Shown piece after piece: positions 24,009 to 33,711 of a DNA stretch of 64,000 nucleotides. Origin of the DNA: Rhizobium sp. Q54 (GTDB lineage: Bacteria; Pseudomonadota; Alphaproteobacteria; Rhizobiales; Xanthobacteraceae). The notes under the pieces are model-generated. The model was not told where the DNA came from. It ran no database searches and saw only the letters and a program-made list of their open reading frames with translations. The stretch covers positions 32,798 to 96,797 of the forward strand of contig CAMAWF010000003.1 in NCBI GenBank assembly GCA_945861895.1, read 5' to 3'. The position numbers and the translations under genes are program-made. Position 1 is the stretch's first letter; each line of letters opens with the position of its first letter.

Positions 24009-24117
24009 CGGCAAAGCACATCCTATAGAGCCAGCCGTTCTATCTGTTCAACCTTGAGCGGCGCATTCCAGCGAGCCTTCGTCGCGACGCTGGCGAAGTC
24101 AATCGCCTCGCGTCGTT

Positions 24118-24582
24118 CTAAGCGTTACGCTCGCGGGCGAGCAGCCCATAGATCACGCCGAGGGCTATCCCGAAACCGCCGATGATTAACAGGCCTACCA
24201 TTATGCCGGTCGGATTAAAGCCCGCGAACAGCGGCTGCGGCGGATACTTGAACACGTATTGCCGGATCATCGGGAGCAGCGTCCAGTTGCTGACGAGAAG
24301 CATCAGCATGCCGAAGATCAGCCCCTTCAGCCACATCATGGTGCCCGGCAGCCGTTGATACACGAACGCGAAAAGAATTCCCCACAGCCCGCCCCAGAAG
24401 ATGTGGTTGGCCAGCACCGGTATCCATGCAAACGGCCCATAGCCGAGCGGCTGCAGCGACCATGGTTGCGTTCTCGTGAGGCCGGCGGTCCCGAGAATAT
24501 AGACGATCCCCTGATGAACGATCAGCACGGAAATTGCCGCGGCAACGAATCCGAGCACGATACGTCCTGCGGTGCCTTGCAT
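24118..24582 (-). CDS. Hypothetical 4-TM membrane protein
   Basis: 154 aa with four hydrophobic segments and an FWGGLWG motif. AGGGGG RBS before ATG 24582. Confidence 0.8.
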   Translation of the reverse strand: MQGTAGRIVLGFVAAAISVLIVHQGIVYILGTAGLTRTQPWSLQPLGYGPFAWIPVLANHIFWGGLWGILFAFVYQRLPGTMMWLKGLIFGMLMLLVSNWTLLPMIRQYVFKYPPQPLFAGFNPTGIMVGLLIIGGFGIALGVIYGLLARERNA

Positions 24583-24766
24583 GGTTTTCCCCCTAAAGGT
24601 TCTTGTTGAAGCGAACACACATTAGATGAATTCTGGAACGGTGTAGACGATAGCAGACATCCCAACGAAACAGGTCCGCGCTCCTGGAACTCCCCCTCCC
24701 CGCAAAGGCGGCGCGGGCCGGGATGCGGGGTGCTTAAAACCCAAAGCGGCCATTGCTCAACGCGCT

Positions 24767-25234
24767 CTAGTTGCGTCGGCGCAGCCAGTCGTCAACGCTG
24801 AGCCGCCCGGCGCCGCAAACAAACAAGAAGCCGAAGCCACCCAACATGGCCAAATTCTTATAGAAACTCGAAATCTGGGAGCGCTGCGCAGCGAGATCAG
24901 TAAACTCCCAATAGCGGTGAGAGCTGAATGTCGCGACCAGCATGAAGATAATCATCACCAGCACGACGTAACGGGTGGCGAGGCCGAGGATCAGCGCAAT
25001 GCCGCCAAAGAACTCGACCGGAACGGCGATGTAGGCGAGGAAGGGCGGCAACCCGCGCGACGGGAACGTGGCGGCAAAGGCTTCCACATTGAAGAGTTTG
25101 CCGTAGCCGCTGCGCACGAAGATCCAGCCCAGCAGAATGCGCCCGATCAGAAGAACGATATCGGCCGTGCTCGCGGCCAAACCGTCGGTGCACGACAGCG
25201 CGGGGTGCGAACTACTTTCGCTGCGGAGAGTCAT
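24767..25234 (-). CDS. DoxX-family membrane protein
   Basis: LLIGRILLGWIF, VEFFGGIALILG and FYKNLAMLGG...GAGRLSVD motifs. AAGGGG RBS before ATG 25234. Confidence 0.92.
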   Translation of the reverse strand: MTLRSESSSHPALSCTDGLAASTADIVLLIGRILLGWIFVRSGYGKLFNVEAFAATFPSRGLPPFLAYIAVPVEFFGGIALILGLATRYVVLVMIIFMLVATFSSHRYWEFTDLAAQRSQISSFYKNLAMLGGFGFLFVCGAGRLSVDDWLRRRN

Positions 25235-25404
25235 GACTTGTTTCCCCTTCATTGCTGTGGACCAGACGTCTTTGCGTCGCGTCCTCGCCGTGTTTGTCAT
25301 ATCAAACAAACGCAGTGAGCCGGTATTCCTCGCATGCAAAAATAAATCGCGTGAACAATTCCGAATAGACCTGCGCCTCCTGGCGCATGTCTCTTAAGGG
25401 CAAT

Positions 25405-26451
25405 CTACGAAGAGGTGGACCTGCCATTGCCATTCGCGGCAACCGCAGCCCCATCATAGGCCCAGGTCACGTAAGCGCCCGCCCAGGTGAAGCCGCCGCC
25501 GAAGGCAGCAAGGATCATCCGGTCGCCCGGCTTGAGCTTCGGTTCATAGTCCCATAGCGAAAGCGGGATCGTCGCCGCCGTGGTGTTGCCGTATTTGTGG
25601 ATCGTCACCATCACGCGATCCATCGGCAATCCCAGGCGCTCGGCCGTCGCCTCGATGATGCGCTTGTTGGCTTGATGCGGCACCAGCCAGTCGATCATGT
25701 CGGCGCGCAGATTGTTGCGCGCCATGATCTCGCGCGCGACCTCCGCCATTCGCGCAATCGCAAACTTGTAGACCGCGGCGCCTTCCTGATGGACGTAATG
25801 CAGGCGCTTGGCGACAGTTTCCGCCGTCGGCGGCATGCGGCTGCCGCCCGCCTTCTGGTGCAAATGCGGCATACCCGAGCCGTCGGAACGGATCACAGTG
25901 TCCATGATTCCGTAGCCGCGTTCGCTCGGCTCGATCAGAACAGCGCCGGCGCCATCGCCAAACAGCACGCAGGTTGCGCGGTCGGTATAGTCGATCACCG
26001 TCGACATTTTGTCGGCGCCGACCACGACGATCTTGCGGCACATGCCTGTGGCGATGAATTGCGTGGCGATGGTGAGCGCATAAATAAATCCGGAGCAGGC
26101 TGCCTGCACGTCGAAGCTGCCGATATTGCGCACGCCCACCATTTCGCAGATCAGATTTGCGGTGGAGGGAAACACGAAATCGGGCGTGGTGGTGGCGCAA
26201 ATCAGCAGATCGATGTCGTCCGGTTGCGTTCCGGTCTTCTCGAGCAGGCCGCGCACCGCCTCCGCGGCCATGTGCGAGGTGCCAAGCCCCTCGCCTTTGA
26301 GAATATGCCGCTCCTTGATGCCGGTGCGCTCGACGATCCAGACGTCGCTGGTATCGACCATGCGCGAGAGTTCGGCATTGGTGAGCAAATCCGGCGGCAA
26401 ATAACCGTGGACGGCGGTGATCGCGGCGCGGACAGGGATTGAAGCGGTCAA
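25405..26451 (-). CDS. fabH: 3-oxoacyl-ACP synthase III (FabH), Bacteroidota/FCB-like sequence type
   Basis: Catalytic triad motifs AACSG, PHQAN and GNT, plus FGDGAGA and AFGGGFTW. TTG start, so the exact start is uncertain. Confidence 0.93.
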   Translation of the reverse strand: MTASIPVRAAITAVHGYLPPDLLTNAELSRMVDTSDVWIVERTGIKERHILKGEGLGTSHMAAEAVRGLLEKTGTQPDDIDLLICATTTPDFVFPSTANLICEMVGVRNIGSFDVQAACSGFIYALTIATQFIATGMCRKIVVVGADKMSTVIDYTDRATCVLFGDGAGAVLIEPSERGYGIMDTVIRSDGSGMPHLHQKAGGSRMPPTAETVAKRLHYVHQEGAAVYKFAIARMAEVAREIMARNNLRADMIDWLVPHQANKRIIEATAERLGLPMDRVMVTIHKYGNTTAATIPLSLWDYEPKLKPGDRMILAAFGGGFTWAGAYVTWAYDGAAVAANGNGRSTSS

Positions 26452-26576
26452 GGCGGTTTCCAGGATTCCGGTGAGATGCGGATCGGTATTGGCGTCCGGC
26501 CATGCCGCCGGAGAGACTATAAATTACGCCGTTGCCGTCAGCGAAGCTACGGCTCCGATGCCGAAGTGGTTAAACG

Positions 26577-27776
26577 CTATTGGCGGCCGCGGCAGGCAAA
26601 ATCGAGAACTATTTCCGCCGCACGGTCGCTCGGCACCGCTTTACCGATTTCCATGATGGCATCGAGGCGGCGGAAAGCCTCGCTCTGCGACCGCCACTGC
26701 GGCGTGTCGTTAAGAAGTTGCAGCAATGCTTCGGCCAGCCGCGGCGGCGTGCACTCTTTCTGCAGGAACTCCGGCACGACGTTATCGCCGAGCACCAGAT
26801 TGGCCAAAATCACCGACGGGGTTTTAATCATCAGCCGCGCGATAAATTCCTCGAAGCGCGAGACTTTGTAAGCCGCCACCATCGGCACGCCGGCAATCGC
26901 AAGTTCCAGCGTTCCTGTCCCGGATTTCACCAGCGCGGCGCGGGCATTGCGAAAGGCGGCGTTTTTCTGCGCCGGATCGACCACCACCTGGGATGGCACC
27001 TGCCACATCGCGACCGCCTGTTTCACTTCGTCGTAGAGGTGCGGCACCGTCGGCACCACGATCTCCAGCGCGCCGGCGCGGCCCGCGACCGCGGCCACCG
27101 CCTCGGCGAATATCGCCAGCATCCGTTTGATCTCGCCGCGTCGGCTGCCGGGCATGACCAGCAAGACGGGCGGCGAGGCATTGCGCCTGCGTGCTTCATC
27201 CGCGTTCGGCCGCAGCTCATCGACGCGCTCGGTCAAAGGATGACCCACGAAACTGCAAGGCGGCCCGCCAAGCCGCGCGTGCACCGCGGGCTCGAACGGC
27301 AACAGCGCGAGCACGTGATCGATATAATCGCGCATGGAGCGTGCGCGCCACGGCCGCCAGGCCCACACGGAGGGTGAAACATAATTGACGATCGGGATTG
27401 CGGGATTTTTTGCGCGAACACGGCGCGCCACCCGCAGACTAAATTCCGGACTGTCGATGACGACCATTACGTGTGGAGGCATCGCTATCGCCGCCCGGAC
27501 GGTTGCGTGCAGGTGCCGCAGGATTGCCGGAACACGCCGCGGGATTGCGCTAAATCCGATGATCGCGAAATCGCCGATCGGAAACAAGCTCGCAAGCCCT
27601 TCCGCTTGCATGGCGTGGCCGCCCACCCCGAAAAATTGTATCGGCATGCTTGAACGCTTCCGTAGCGCCCGCATCAAAGAGCCGCCCAATCGATCGCCGG
27701 ATTCCTCGGCCGCAACCAGAAATATTCGCAGCCCTTCAGACTGGCGAGCAGACCCGGCCGCCGCGTCTTCGGTCAT
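26577..27776 (-). CDS. lpxB: Lipid-A-disaccharide synthase
   Basis: AAEESGD, IDSPEF, YVSPSVWAWR, LPFE, PGSRRGE and KSGTGTLE motifs. Confidence 0.97.
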   Translation of the reverse strand: MTEDAAAGSARQSEGLRIFLVAAEESGDRLGGSLMRALRKRSSMPIQFFGVGGHAMQAEGLASLFPIGDFAIIGFSAIPRRVPAILRHLHATVRAAIAMPPHVMVVIDSPEFSLRVARRVRAKNPAIPIVNYVSPSVWAWRPWRARSMRDYIDHVLALLPFEPAVHARLGGPPCSFVGHPLTERVDELRPNADEARRRNASPPVLLVMPGSRRGEIKRMLAIFAEAVAAVAGRAGALEIVVPTVPHLYDEVKQAVAMWQVPSQVVVDPAQKNAAFRNARAALVKSGTGTLELAIAGVPMVAAYKVSRFEEFIARLMIKTPSVILANLVLGDNVVPEFLQKECTPPRLAEALLQLLNDTPQWRSQSEAFRRLDAIMEIGKAVPSDRAAEIVLDFACRGRQ

Positions 27777-28672
27777 CGGCCCGATCCATCGGCGTTAACG
27801 CCGACCACGAACACGCCTGCCGCATCGGCTGCTTCGATCACCGCTTGCAGGTCCGGCACGATCGTTCCGCCCGCTTCGACGGCAATTCCGGCAAGTCCGG
27901 CCGCCGCCGCCAATCCGATGGTACGGGCGCCAAACGAGGGAAGGTCGATGCGGCGATCCTGATTCCGCTTGGTGGCTTTGACCAGCACCCCGGTGCGTGG
28001 CGGCAGTAAAATCCGGCCGTTCTCCCGCAGTTCCCGGCAGCGCGCGAGCATGAGATCGGTTCCTTCCGCCGCTTCCAATGCGATGACATGACCTGCCGCG
28101 ACCACGACCGCCTGGCCGACGTCGAGCGGTCCCAATGTGCGGATCACTTCGAAGCCGAGCGCGATATCGGCTTCGTCCTGGGACCGCGGCCGGCAAGCTC
28201 CGAGCGCTCCCGCCGGGGCGAGTATTTCGGGCGCCACCTCGTGTGCACCGAGCAGCCGGAAGCCTTCTTGCTCGAAAGCGCCAGCCATGGCGCTCAGAAG
28301 ATGATTATCGCCACCGCGAAAGGCGCGCGCGAGACGCGGCAGCAGGCTGATCGTTTTCCAGTCGAGGCGAAAATCCCGCAGCCGCGGCCGCGTCATCGTG
28401 CCGACGAAAACGAGGTCGCGGCAATTGCGCGCGCGCAGACGCGCGAGCAAACGGCCCGCTGCGCCGATCGATATCCATTCATAGGAAAAGCGCGCCACTT
28501 CCGGCTCGGCAAAGCCGCGGATGGCGAACATGACCACCGACCAGCCGGCCTTTTGCGCGGCGTCTGCGACCACGAACGGAAACGCGCCGCCGCCGCATAT
28601 AATTCCCAAAATTCCCGAATGCGACGCCGCGCGCGATGGCATTTGTTGCGATCCGCCGGCCGTCACAGTCAC
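27773..28672 (-). CDS. lpxI: UDP-2,3-diacylglucosamine pyrophosphatase LpxI
   Basis: LGIICGGG, DVGQAVV, EAAEGTD and QDRRIDLP motifs; located between lpxA and lpxB with GTGA/ATGA overlaps. Confidence 0.93.
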   Translation of the reverse strand: MTVTAGGSQQMPSRAASHSGILGIICGGGAFPFVVADAAQKAGWSVVMFAIRGFAEPEVARFSYEWISIGAAGRLLARLRARNCRDLVFVGTMTRPRLRDFRLDWKTISLLPRLARAFRGGDNHLLSAMAGAFEQEGFRLLGAHEVAPEILAPAGALGACRPRSQDEADIALGFEVIRTLGPLDVGQAVVVAAGHVIALEAAEGTDLMLARCRELRENGRILLPPRTGVLVKATKRNQDRRIDLPSFGARTIGLAAAAGLAGIAVEAGGTIVPDLQAVIEAADAAGVFVVGVNADGSGR

Positions 28673-29460
28673 GCCTCTCGTTCCGGCACGCAGAACGCCG
28701 CGCGCTCACCGCCGGCCCGGATGAAATCGATCACCGTGCGAACCAGCGGCTCGTTGCCATGCGCGGCCATCACATCATCCAGCCGTGCGCGCAGCGGACC
28801 GGCGTCGTCGAACAAGGCGCGGTAAGCTGCCCGCAATTCATGGATCTTCGATTTTTCAAATCCGCGCCGCTTGAGGCCGACGATGTTGAGCCCCTTCAAT
28901 CGCGCGCGATTGCCGATCGCCATGCCAAACGGAATGATATCGTTTTCAACTCCCGACAAAGCCCCCACATAGGCGGATTCGCCGATCCGCACGAATTGGT
29001 GAATGCCGCTGTGGCCCGAAATGATGACGTAGTCGCCGACGACGCAATGACCGGAGAGCCCCGAATAGCCGACCATCACAACGTTGCGTCCGACCTTGCA
29101 ATCGTGCGCGACATGCGCGCCCATCATGAGAAAACAATCGTCGCCGATTTCCGTCACCAGATCGCCTTTGTCCGATCCGACGTTGATCGTCACATATTCC
29201 CGCAGCAGGCAACGGGCGCCGATTTTAAGTTTGCCGGGACGGCCGGTATATCCGGTGAGTTGCGCCGGCTGGCCAATGGACGCGAAGGGAAATATCTCCG
29301 TGCCTTCGCCTATTTCCGTGTCGCCTTTGATAATGACGTTCTCATGCAGGCGGACGCCGCGGGAAAGCACAACCTTAGGTCCGACAACGCAAAACGGGCC
29401 GATCTCCACATCGGCAGCGGCGACGCCCTCGACCAGCGCAGTAGGATGGATCGACGCCAC
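28669..29460 (-). CDS. lpxA: Acyl-ACP--UDP-N-acetylglucosamine O-acyltransferase
   Basis: Hexapeptide repeats, AHVAHDC, HQF and GLNIVGLKRRGF motifs. GGAGGTG RBS before the GTG start. Confidence 0.96.
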   Translation of the reverse strand: MASIHPTALVEGVAAADVEIGPFCVVGPKVVLSRGVRLHENVIIKGDTEIGEGTEIFPFASIGQPAQLTGYTGRPGKLKIGARCLLREYVTINVGSDKGDLVTEIGDDCFLMMGAHVAHDCKVGRNVVMVGYSGLSGHCVVGDYVIISGHSGIHQFVRIGESAYVGALSGVENDIIPFGMAIGNRARLKGLNIVGLKRRGFEKSKIHELRAAYRALFDDAGPLRARLDDVMAAHGNEPLVRTVIDFIRAGGERAAFCVPEREA

Positions 29461-29543
29461 GAACTCACCTCCCGACGATGATTGCGCAAACGCGGCAGCG
29501 GCTGCCGATCGCTGGCCGCATGTTATTCACGGCAACGCCCTCG

Positions 29544-30002
29544 CTACGGCGCGTCCACGATCATGGCGCCGACTTCAGCTTCGGCAACGAGTTCACCGGC
29601 CACTTTGGCTTCTCCGCGAAACCACCACATGGATTTTCGCCGCGCTATTCGCGTCATGTGATATTCAATGGTGTCGCCCGGCACCACCGGCTTGCGGAAT
29701 TTCGCCTTGTCGATGGTAAGGAAGTAGACCAATTGCGGCGTCGCGCGCTTGGGCAGGCTGCGGAAACACAGCACGCCGGCGGTCTGCGCCATGCCTTCCA
29801 ATACCAGCACGCCAGGCATCACCGGGTTATTCGGAAAATGTCCGAGGAATTGCGGCTCGTTGGCGGTCACATTCTTGATGCCGATACCGTGCCGATCTCC
29901 ACGGATGCCGATGACGCGATCGACCATCAAGAACGGATACCGGTGCGGAAGCGCGGCAAGAATCTCGCTAATGCCGACAGCCTCAAGTGTCTCGCCGCTC
30001 AT
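29544..30002 (-). CDS. fabZ: 3-hydroxyacyl-ACP dehydratase
   Basis: [11 protein letters not shown] and GHFP...[12 protein letters not shown] motifs. Confidence 0.98.
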   Translation of the reverse strand: MSGETLEAVGISEILAALPHRYPFLMVDRVIGIRGDRHGIGIKNVTANEPQFLGHFPNNPVMPGVLVLEGMAQTAGVLCFRSLPKRATPQLVYFLTIDKAKFRKPVVPGDTIEYHMTRIARRKSMWWFRGEAKVAGELVAEAEVGAMIVDAP

Positions 30003-31081
30003 TCCTGTTCTCCCTCGTCAACCAGCTTTTGCGAGGGTTTCGCAGTCGTATCGTGTCGGCCCAGACGCCGCATTGCGGCGATCATCCGCCACCACTCGCG
30101 CAACGGCATGGCGGGAGAGCCTCCCCAGCGCTGGCCGGGAGGAATTTTTGACATGATGCCGCTTTGCGCGACGATCGCGGTGCCCGCCCCGATGCTGGCA
30201 TGGTCCGCAACGCCGACTTGTCCGCCGAGCATGACATAGTCCTCGATCGTGGCGCTGCCGGAGACACCAACCTGTCCGGCGAGAATGCAATGCCGTCCAA
30301 TTGACACGTTGTGGCCGATCTGGACCAGATTGTCGATCTTGGTGCCCTCGCCGATCATGGTATCGCGCAGGCCGCCACGATCGATTGTGCTATTGGCGCC
30401 GATCTCGACGTCGTCCTGGATGATGACGCGGCCGATCTGCGGAATCTTTTCGTGGCCCTTCGGGCCGGCGAGATAGCCAAATCCGTCCTGGCCGATGCGG
30501 CAGCCGGGATGGATAATCACGCGGTCACCGATCAGCGTATTGGCGATCGAGACGCCGGAGCCAATCGAGCAATCGCGGCCGATGCGAACCTCAGGTCCGA
30601 TCACCGCGGTCGCCCCGATCACACTGCCTGCGCCGATCTCGGCGCGCGGACCAACGACGGCGCCGGGATCGATAGTGGCGCCATTTTCTATCCGCGCCGA
30701 GGGATGCACCAAGGCTCCCGCGACGATCCCCGTCGCCTCGAACAGCGAAGACGGGCGCAATGCATGCGGGAACAGCGCGCGCGCGACCGCGACGAAAGCC
30801 CGGTAGGGCTCGCGCACGCGTAACACCACGACGCGCTCCGGCGCTTGCTTGCTAAATCGCTCGGAAGTAAGGCACGCCCCCGCATGGGTCGATGCAAACT
30901 GATCGGCATATTTCGCGTTGTCGAGAAAACTCAGGTCGGAGGGGCCGGCCCGATCGAGCGGCGCAATGTCGGCAATACGACGATCGAGCCGTGCGCCCGC
31001 AAGCGGTTCGGCGCCCGTGAGAGCGGCGATCTCGCCGATGCTGAGACCGCGCGTGTGCCTGAGGAAATGCGGCTCATTCAT
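29999..31081 (-). CDS. lpxD: UDP-3-O-acyl-glucosamine N-acyltransferase
   Basis: [28 protein letters not shown] and GQVG motifs. Start ATG 31081. Confidence 0.97.
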   Translation of the reverse strand: MNEPHFLRHTRGLSIGEIAALTGAEPLAGARLDRRIADIAPLDRAGPSDLSFLDNAKYADQFASTHAGACLTSERFSKQAPERVVVLRVREPYRAFVAVARALFPHALRPSSLFEATGIVAGALVHPSARIENGATIDPGAVVGPRAEIGAGSVIGATAVIGPEVRIGRDCSIGSGVSIANTLIGDRVIIHPGCRIGQDGFGYLAGPKGHEKIPQIGRVIIQDDVEIGANSTIDRGGLRDTMIGEGTKIDNLVQIGHNVSIGRHCILAGQVGVSGSATIEDYVMLGGQVGVADHASIGAGTAIVAQSGIMSKIPPGQRWGGSPAMPLREWWRMIAAMRRLGRHDTTAKPSQKLVDEGEQE

Positions 31082-31116
31082 GCCAACAACGCCGCGGCCG
31101 GGCTCGCCGCCAAAAA

Positions 31117-33549
31117 TCAGAACTTTGCCCCACCACCGAAGCGGAATATCTGCGTCTTGTCGTAGCTTTCCTTCATGACCGGGAAAGCCACATCGAAGCG
31201 GAGCGGCCCGAACGGAGAATCCCAGATCAGGCCGACACCGACGGATGAACGTATGGAACCTGAATCGGCAACCGACAAGGTTTCGCCGGTAACGCTCCAG
31301 GTGGTCGGGCCTTTGTAGTCCCACAGCGAGCCGGCGTCGGCATAGACCGACATCTTGATGCCGACCTCTTTGGGCAGGAAATAGAGCGGGGTCTGAAGCT
31401 CCGCGGTCGCGCCCCAGTAGAGCGAGCCGCCAAGAGAGTCCTGGGTCGTATTGGCCGTGAGATCGCGCGGACCAAAACCGCGCGGGGCAAAACCGCGGAT
31501 CAGTTGCGGGCCCATCTGGAAATGATCGAGCATGCGCAGGTCCTTGCTGCCCCAGCTGGTAATGTGACCGCCCTGCACGCGCAGCAAACTGACGACGTCG
31601 GTGAATACTTCATAGTAGTTGCGAATATCCGTCGAGGTGCGAACGAAATTCACGTCGCCACCGACGCCCGCGAAGTCCTGCTTGATGTCCGCGTACAAGC
31701 CGCTCGTCGGGCTCTTGTTGTTGTCGAGCGTGTTGTAGGCAAGCGTATAGCCGAGCAGCGAGGTGATGACTGCGCCCGCCGCCAGCTCCCTGCGCACCGC
31801 CAGCGAAGACTCGCCGTCGGCAAAGCAAGCATCCGACGGTAAGACGCCAGCTCCACCATTTATCGGCGCCGCTGCCGACAAAATACAATTGTTATACTGG
31901 GTGGGCAGCTTCACTTCCTGGCGATAGATCGAGTAGCGCGGCTGCAACGACAATTCTTCCGTCAGCCCCAGACCGAGACGTAGATTGGTGCCAACGGTAT
32001 TCGTCACATAAGACACGTTACTGGACGACGATGTGTGCTTGCCGAAAAGATCGATGCCGCCGGCCATCCGGTAGCCGAGGAAATAAGGCTCGATGAACGA
32101 CAATTCGAAGCCGCGCGAGCGCTGGCCGTAACTGACGGAGGCTTTGGCGTATTGGCCGCGGCCGAGCAGATTGCGTTCAGCAACGCTGACCTCCGCCAGA
32201 AATCCATCCGAAGTCGAGAAGCCGCCTGCGACGGAGAATTCCCCGGTAGAGGTTTCTTCCACTTCGACATTGAGCACAATGCGGTCGGGCGCCGAGCCCG
32301 GCTCATTGGTAATCTTCACCGTCTTGAAATAGTTCAGATTCTTCAGGCGGCGCTCGGCCCGGTCGACCAGCGCGCGGTTGTAGGCATCTCCCTCGCCGAT
32401 ATCGAATTCGCGGCGGATCACATAATCCCGCGTGCGCGAATTGCCGCGAATATTGATGCGCTCGATATAGGCGCGCGGTCCCGCCTCGACCACGAAAACC
32501 AGATTGATGGTCTTGGTCTCGAAATTACGGTCGCCGCGCGGACGTACCGATGCGAAGGCATAACCGCGTTTGGCCGCTTCAATCGTCATGCCTTCGACGG
32601 ATTTTTCGACGGCCTCGGCGTTGTAGATGCTCCCGGCGCCGACATACAGCTTCGAACGCAACGATTGCGGGTCAACCGAGCTGACGTTGGACACTACGTC
32701 GAGTGTGCCGATGCGGTATTGGCTGCCTTCCTCGATCGTGAAGGTGACGATAAAGCCCTTTTTCGCCGGATCGTACTCGCCGACGGCTGCGACGATGCGG
32801 ATATCGGCGTAGCCGTGTTTTAGATAGAAGCGCCGCAATAGATCGCGATCGGCCTCGATCCGGTCGGGGTCGTAGATGTCGCCGGTCTGAAGAAAACTCA
32901 GCCAGTTGCTCTCGTTGGTCTTGATGACGTTCTTCAGGCGGCCGTTGGAAAAGGAACTATTGCCGACGAAGCTGATCAGCTTGACGCCGGTCTTTTCGCC
33001 TTCGCTGATTTCAAAGATCAGATCGACCCGGTTGTTGGGCAATTCGACGATCTTGGGCTCGACGCGAACGTCAAAGCGCCCGTTCCGGCGATACACTTCG
33101 ACGATGCGTTGCACGTCCGACTGCACCATCGGCCGTGACAACGTCCCGCGCGGCTTTGACTGCACTTCAAGGGCAAGCTGCTCGTCCTTGGTCTTCTTGT
33201 TGCCTTCGAAAACCACGCGGTTGATGACTGGGTTTTCGATGACGGTGACCACCAGCCGGCCGCCGGATTGATTGGTGCGAACGTCCTGAAACAGGCCGGT
33301 GGCGTAAAGCGCCTTGAGGCCTTCGTCGATCTTGACGGCATCGAGGCGCTGGCCGGGAGCGGCCCGGAAATAGGAACGGATGGTATCCGCCTCGACCCGG
33401 CGGTTGCCTTCGACAACGATTGCGGTTGCGGTCTGGGCGACCGCGGCTCCAGACCAGCCCACGGACGCGACGGCCGAGACGACAAGGATGCCGCCGAGGA
33501 CAACGCTGGCGACTGCCAGTCCCCGAACCACCCGCAAACAACGTCCCAT
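31117..33549 (-). CDS. bamA: Outer membrane protein assembly factor BamA
   Basis: Five POTRA repeats, IRGF loop motif and C-terminal FRFGGGAKF. Confidence 0.98.
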   Translation of the reverse strand: MGRCLRVVRGLAVASVVLGGILVVSAVASVGWSGAAVAQTATAIVVEGNRRVEADTIRSYFRAAPGQRLDAVKIDEGLKALYATGLFQDVRTNQSGGRLVVTVIENPVINRVVFEGNKKTKDEQLALEVQSKPRGTLSRPMVQSDVQRIVEVYRRNGRFDVRVEPKIVELPNNRVDLIFEISEGEKTGVKLISFVGNSSFSNGRLKNVIKTNESNWLSFLQTGDIYDPDRIEADRDLLRRFYLKHGYADIRIVAAVGEYDPAKKGFIVTFTIEEGSQYRIGTLDVVSNVSSVDPQSLRSKLYVGAGSIYNAEAVEKSVEGMTIEAAKRGYAFASVRPRGDRNFETKTINLVFVVEAGPRAYIERINIRGNSRTRDYVIRREFDIGEGDAYNRALVDRAERRLKNLNYFKTVKITNEPGSAPDRIVLNVEVEETSTGEFSVAGGFSTSDGFLAEVSVAERNLLGRGQYAKASVSYGQRSRGFELSFIEPYFLGYRMAGGIDLFGKHTSSSSNVSYVTNTVGTNLRLGLGLTEELSLQPRYSIYRQEVKLPTQYNNCILSAAAPINGGAGVLPSDACFADGESSLAVRRELAAGAVITSLLGYTLAYNTLDNNKSPTSGLYADIKQDFAGVGGDVNFVRTSTDIRNYYEVFTDVVSLLRVQGGHITSWGSKDLRMLDHFQMGPQLIRGFAPRGFGPRDLTANTTQDSLGGSLYWGATAELQTPLYFLPKEVGIKMSVYADAGSLWDYKGPTTWSVTGETLSVADSGSIRSSVGVGLIWDSPFGPLRFDVAFPVMKESYDKTQIFRFGGGAKF

Positions 33550-33711
33550 GCGCTACGCGCCCTTTCGATCCTTGCGGCCGCCCCCTCAGGCGGATTCGCC
33601 GGATTCTTGGCTACAATTATGGCCAGTTTGTACAGCGTTTTATGAACGCTGCAAACCTAACATGTTGGCCAATTTCGCCTTTTCCCTCAAAAAGTTGCCC
33701 AATGGCAACGC

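Noticed and set aside
24037-24049. GTTC-N5-GTTC near the end of the MBL gene
   Set aside because: The spacer is 5, not 7, and it lies between convergent gene ends, so it is not a LexA box.
29477-29533. Tiny ORF (MRPAIGSRCRVCAIIVGR) in the fabZ-lpxA gap
   Set aside because: No clear RBS or motif; 18 codons is within chance expectation.
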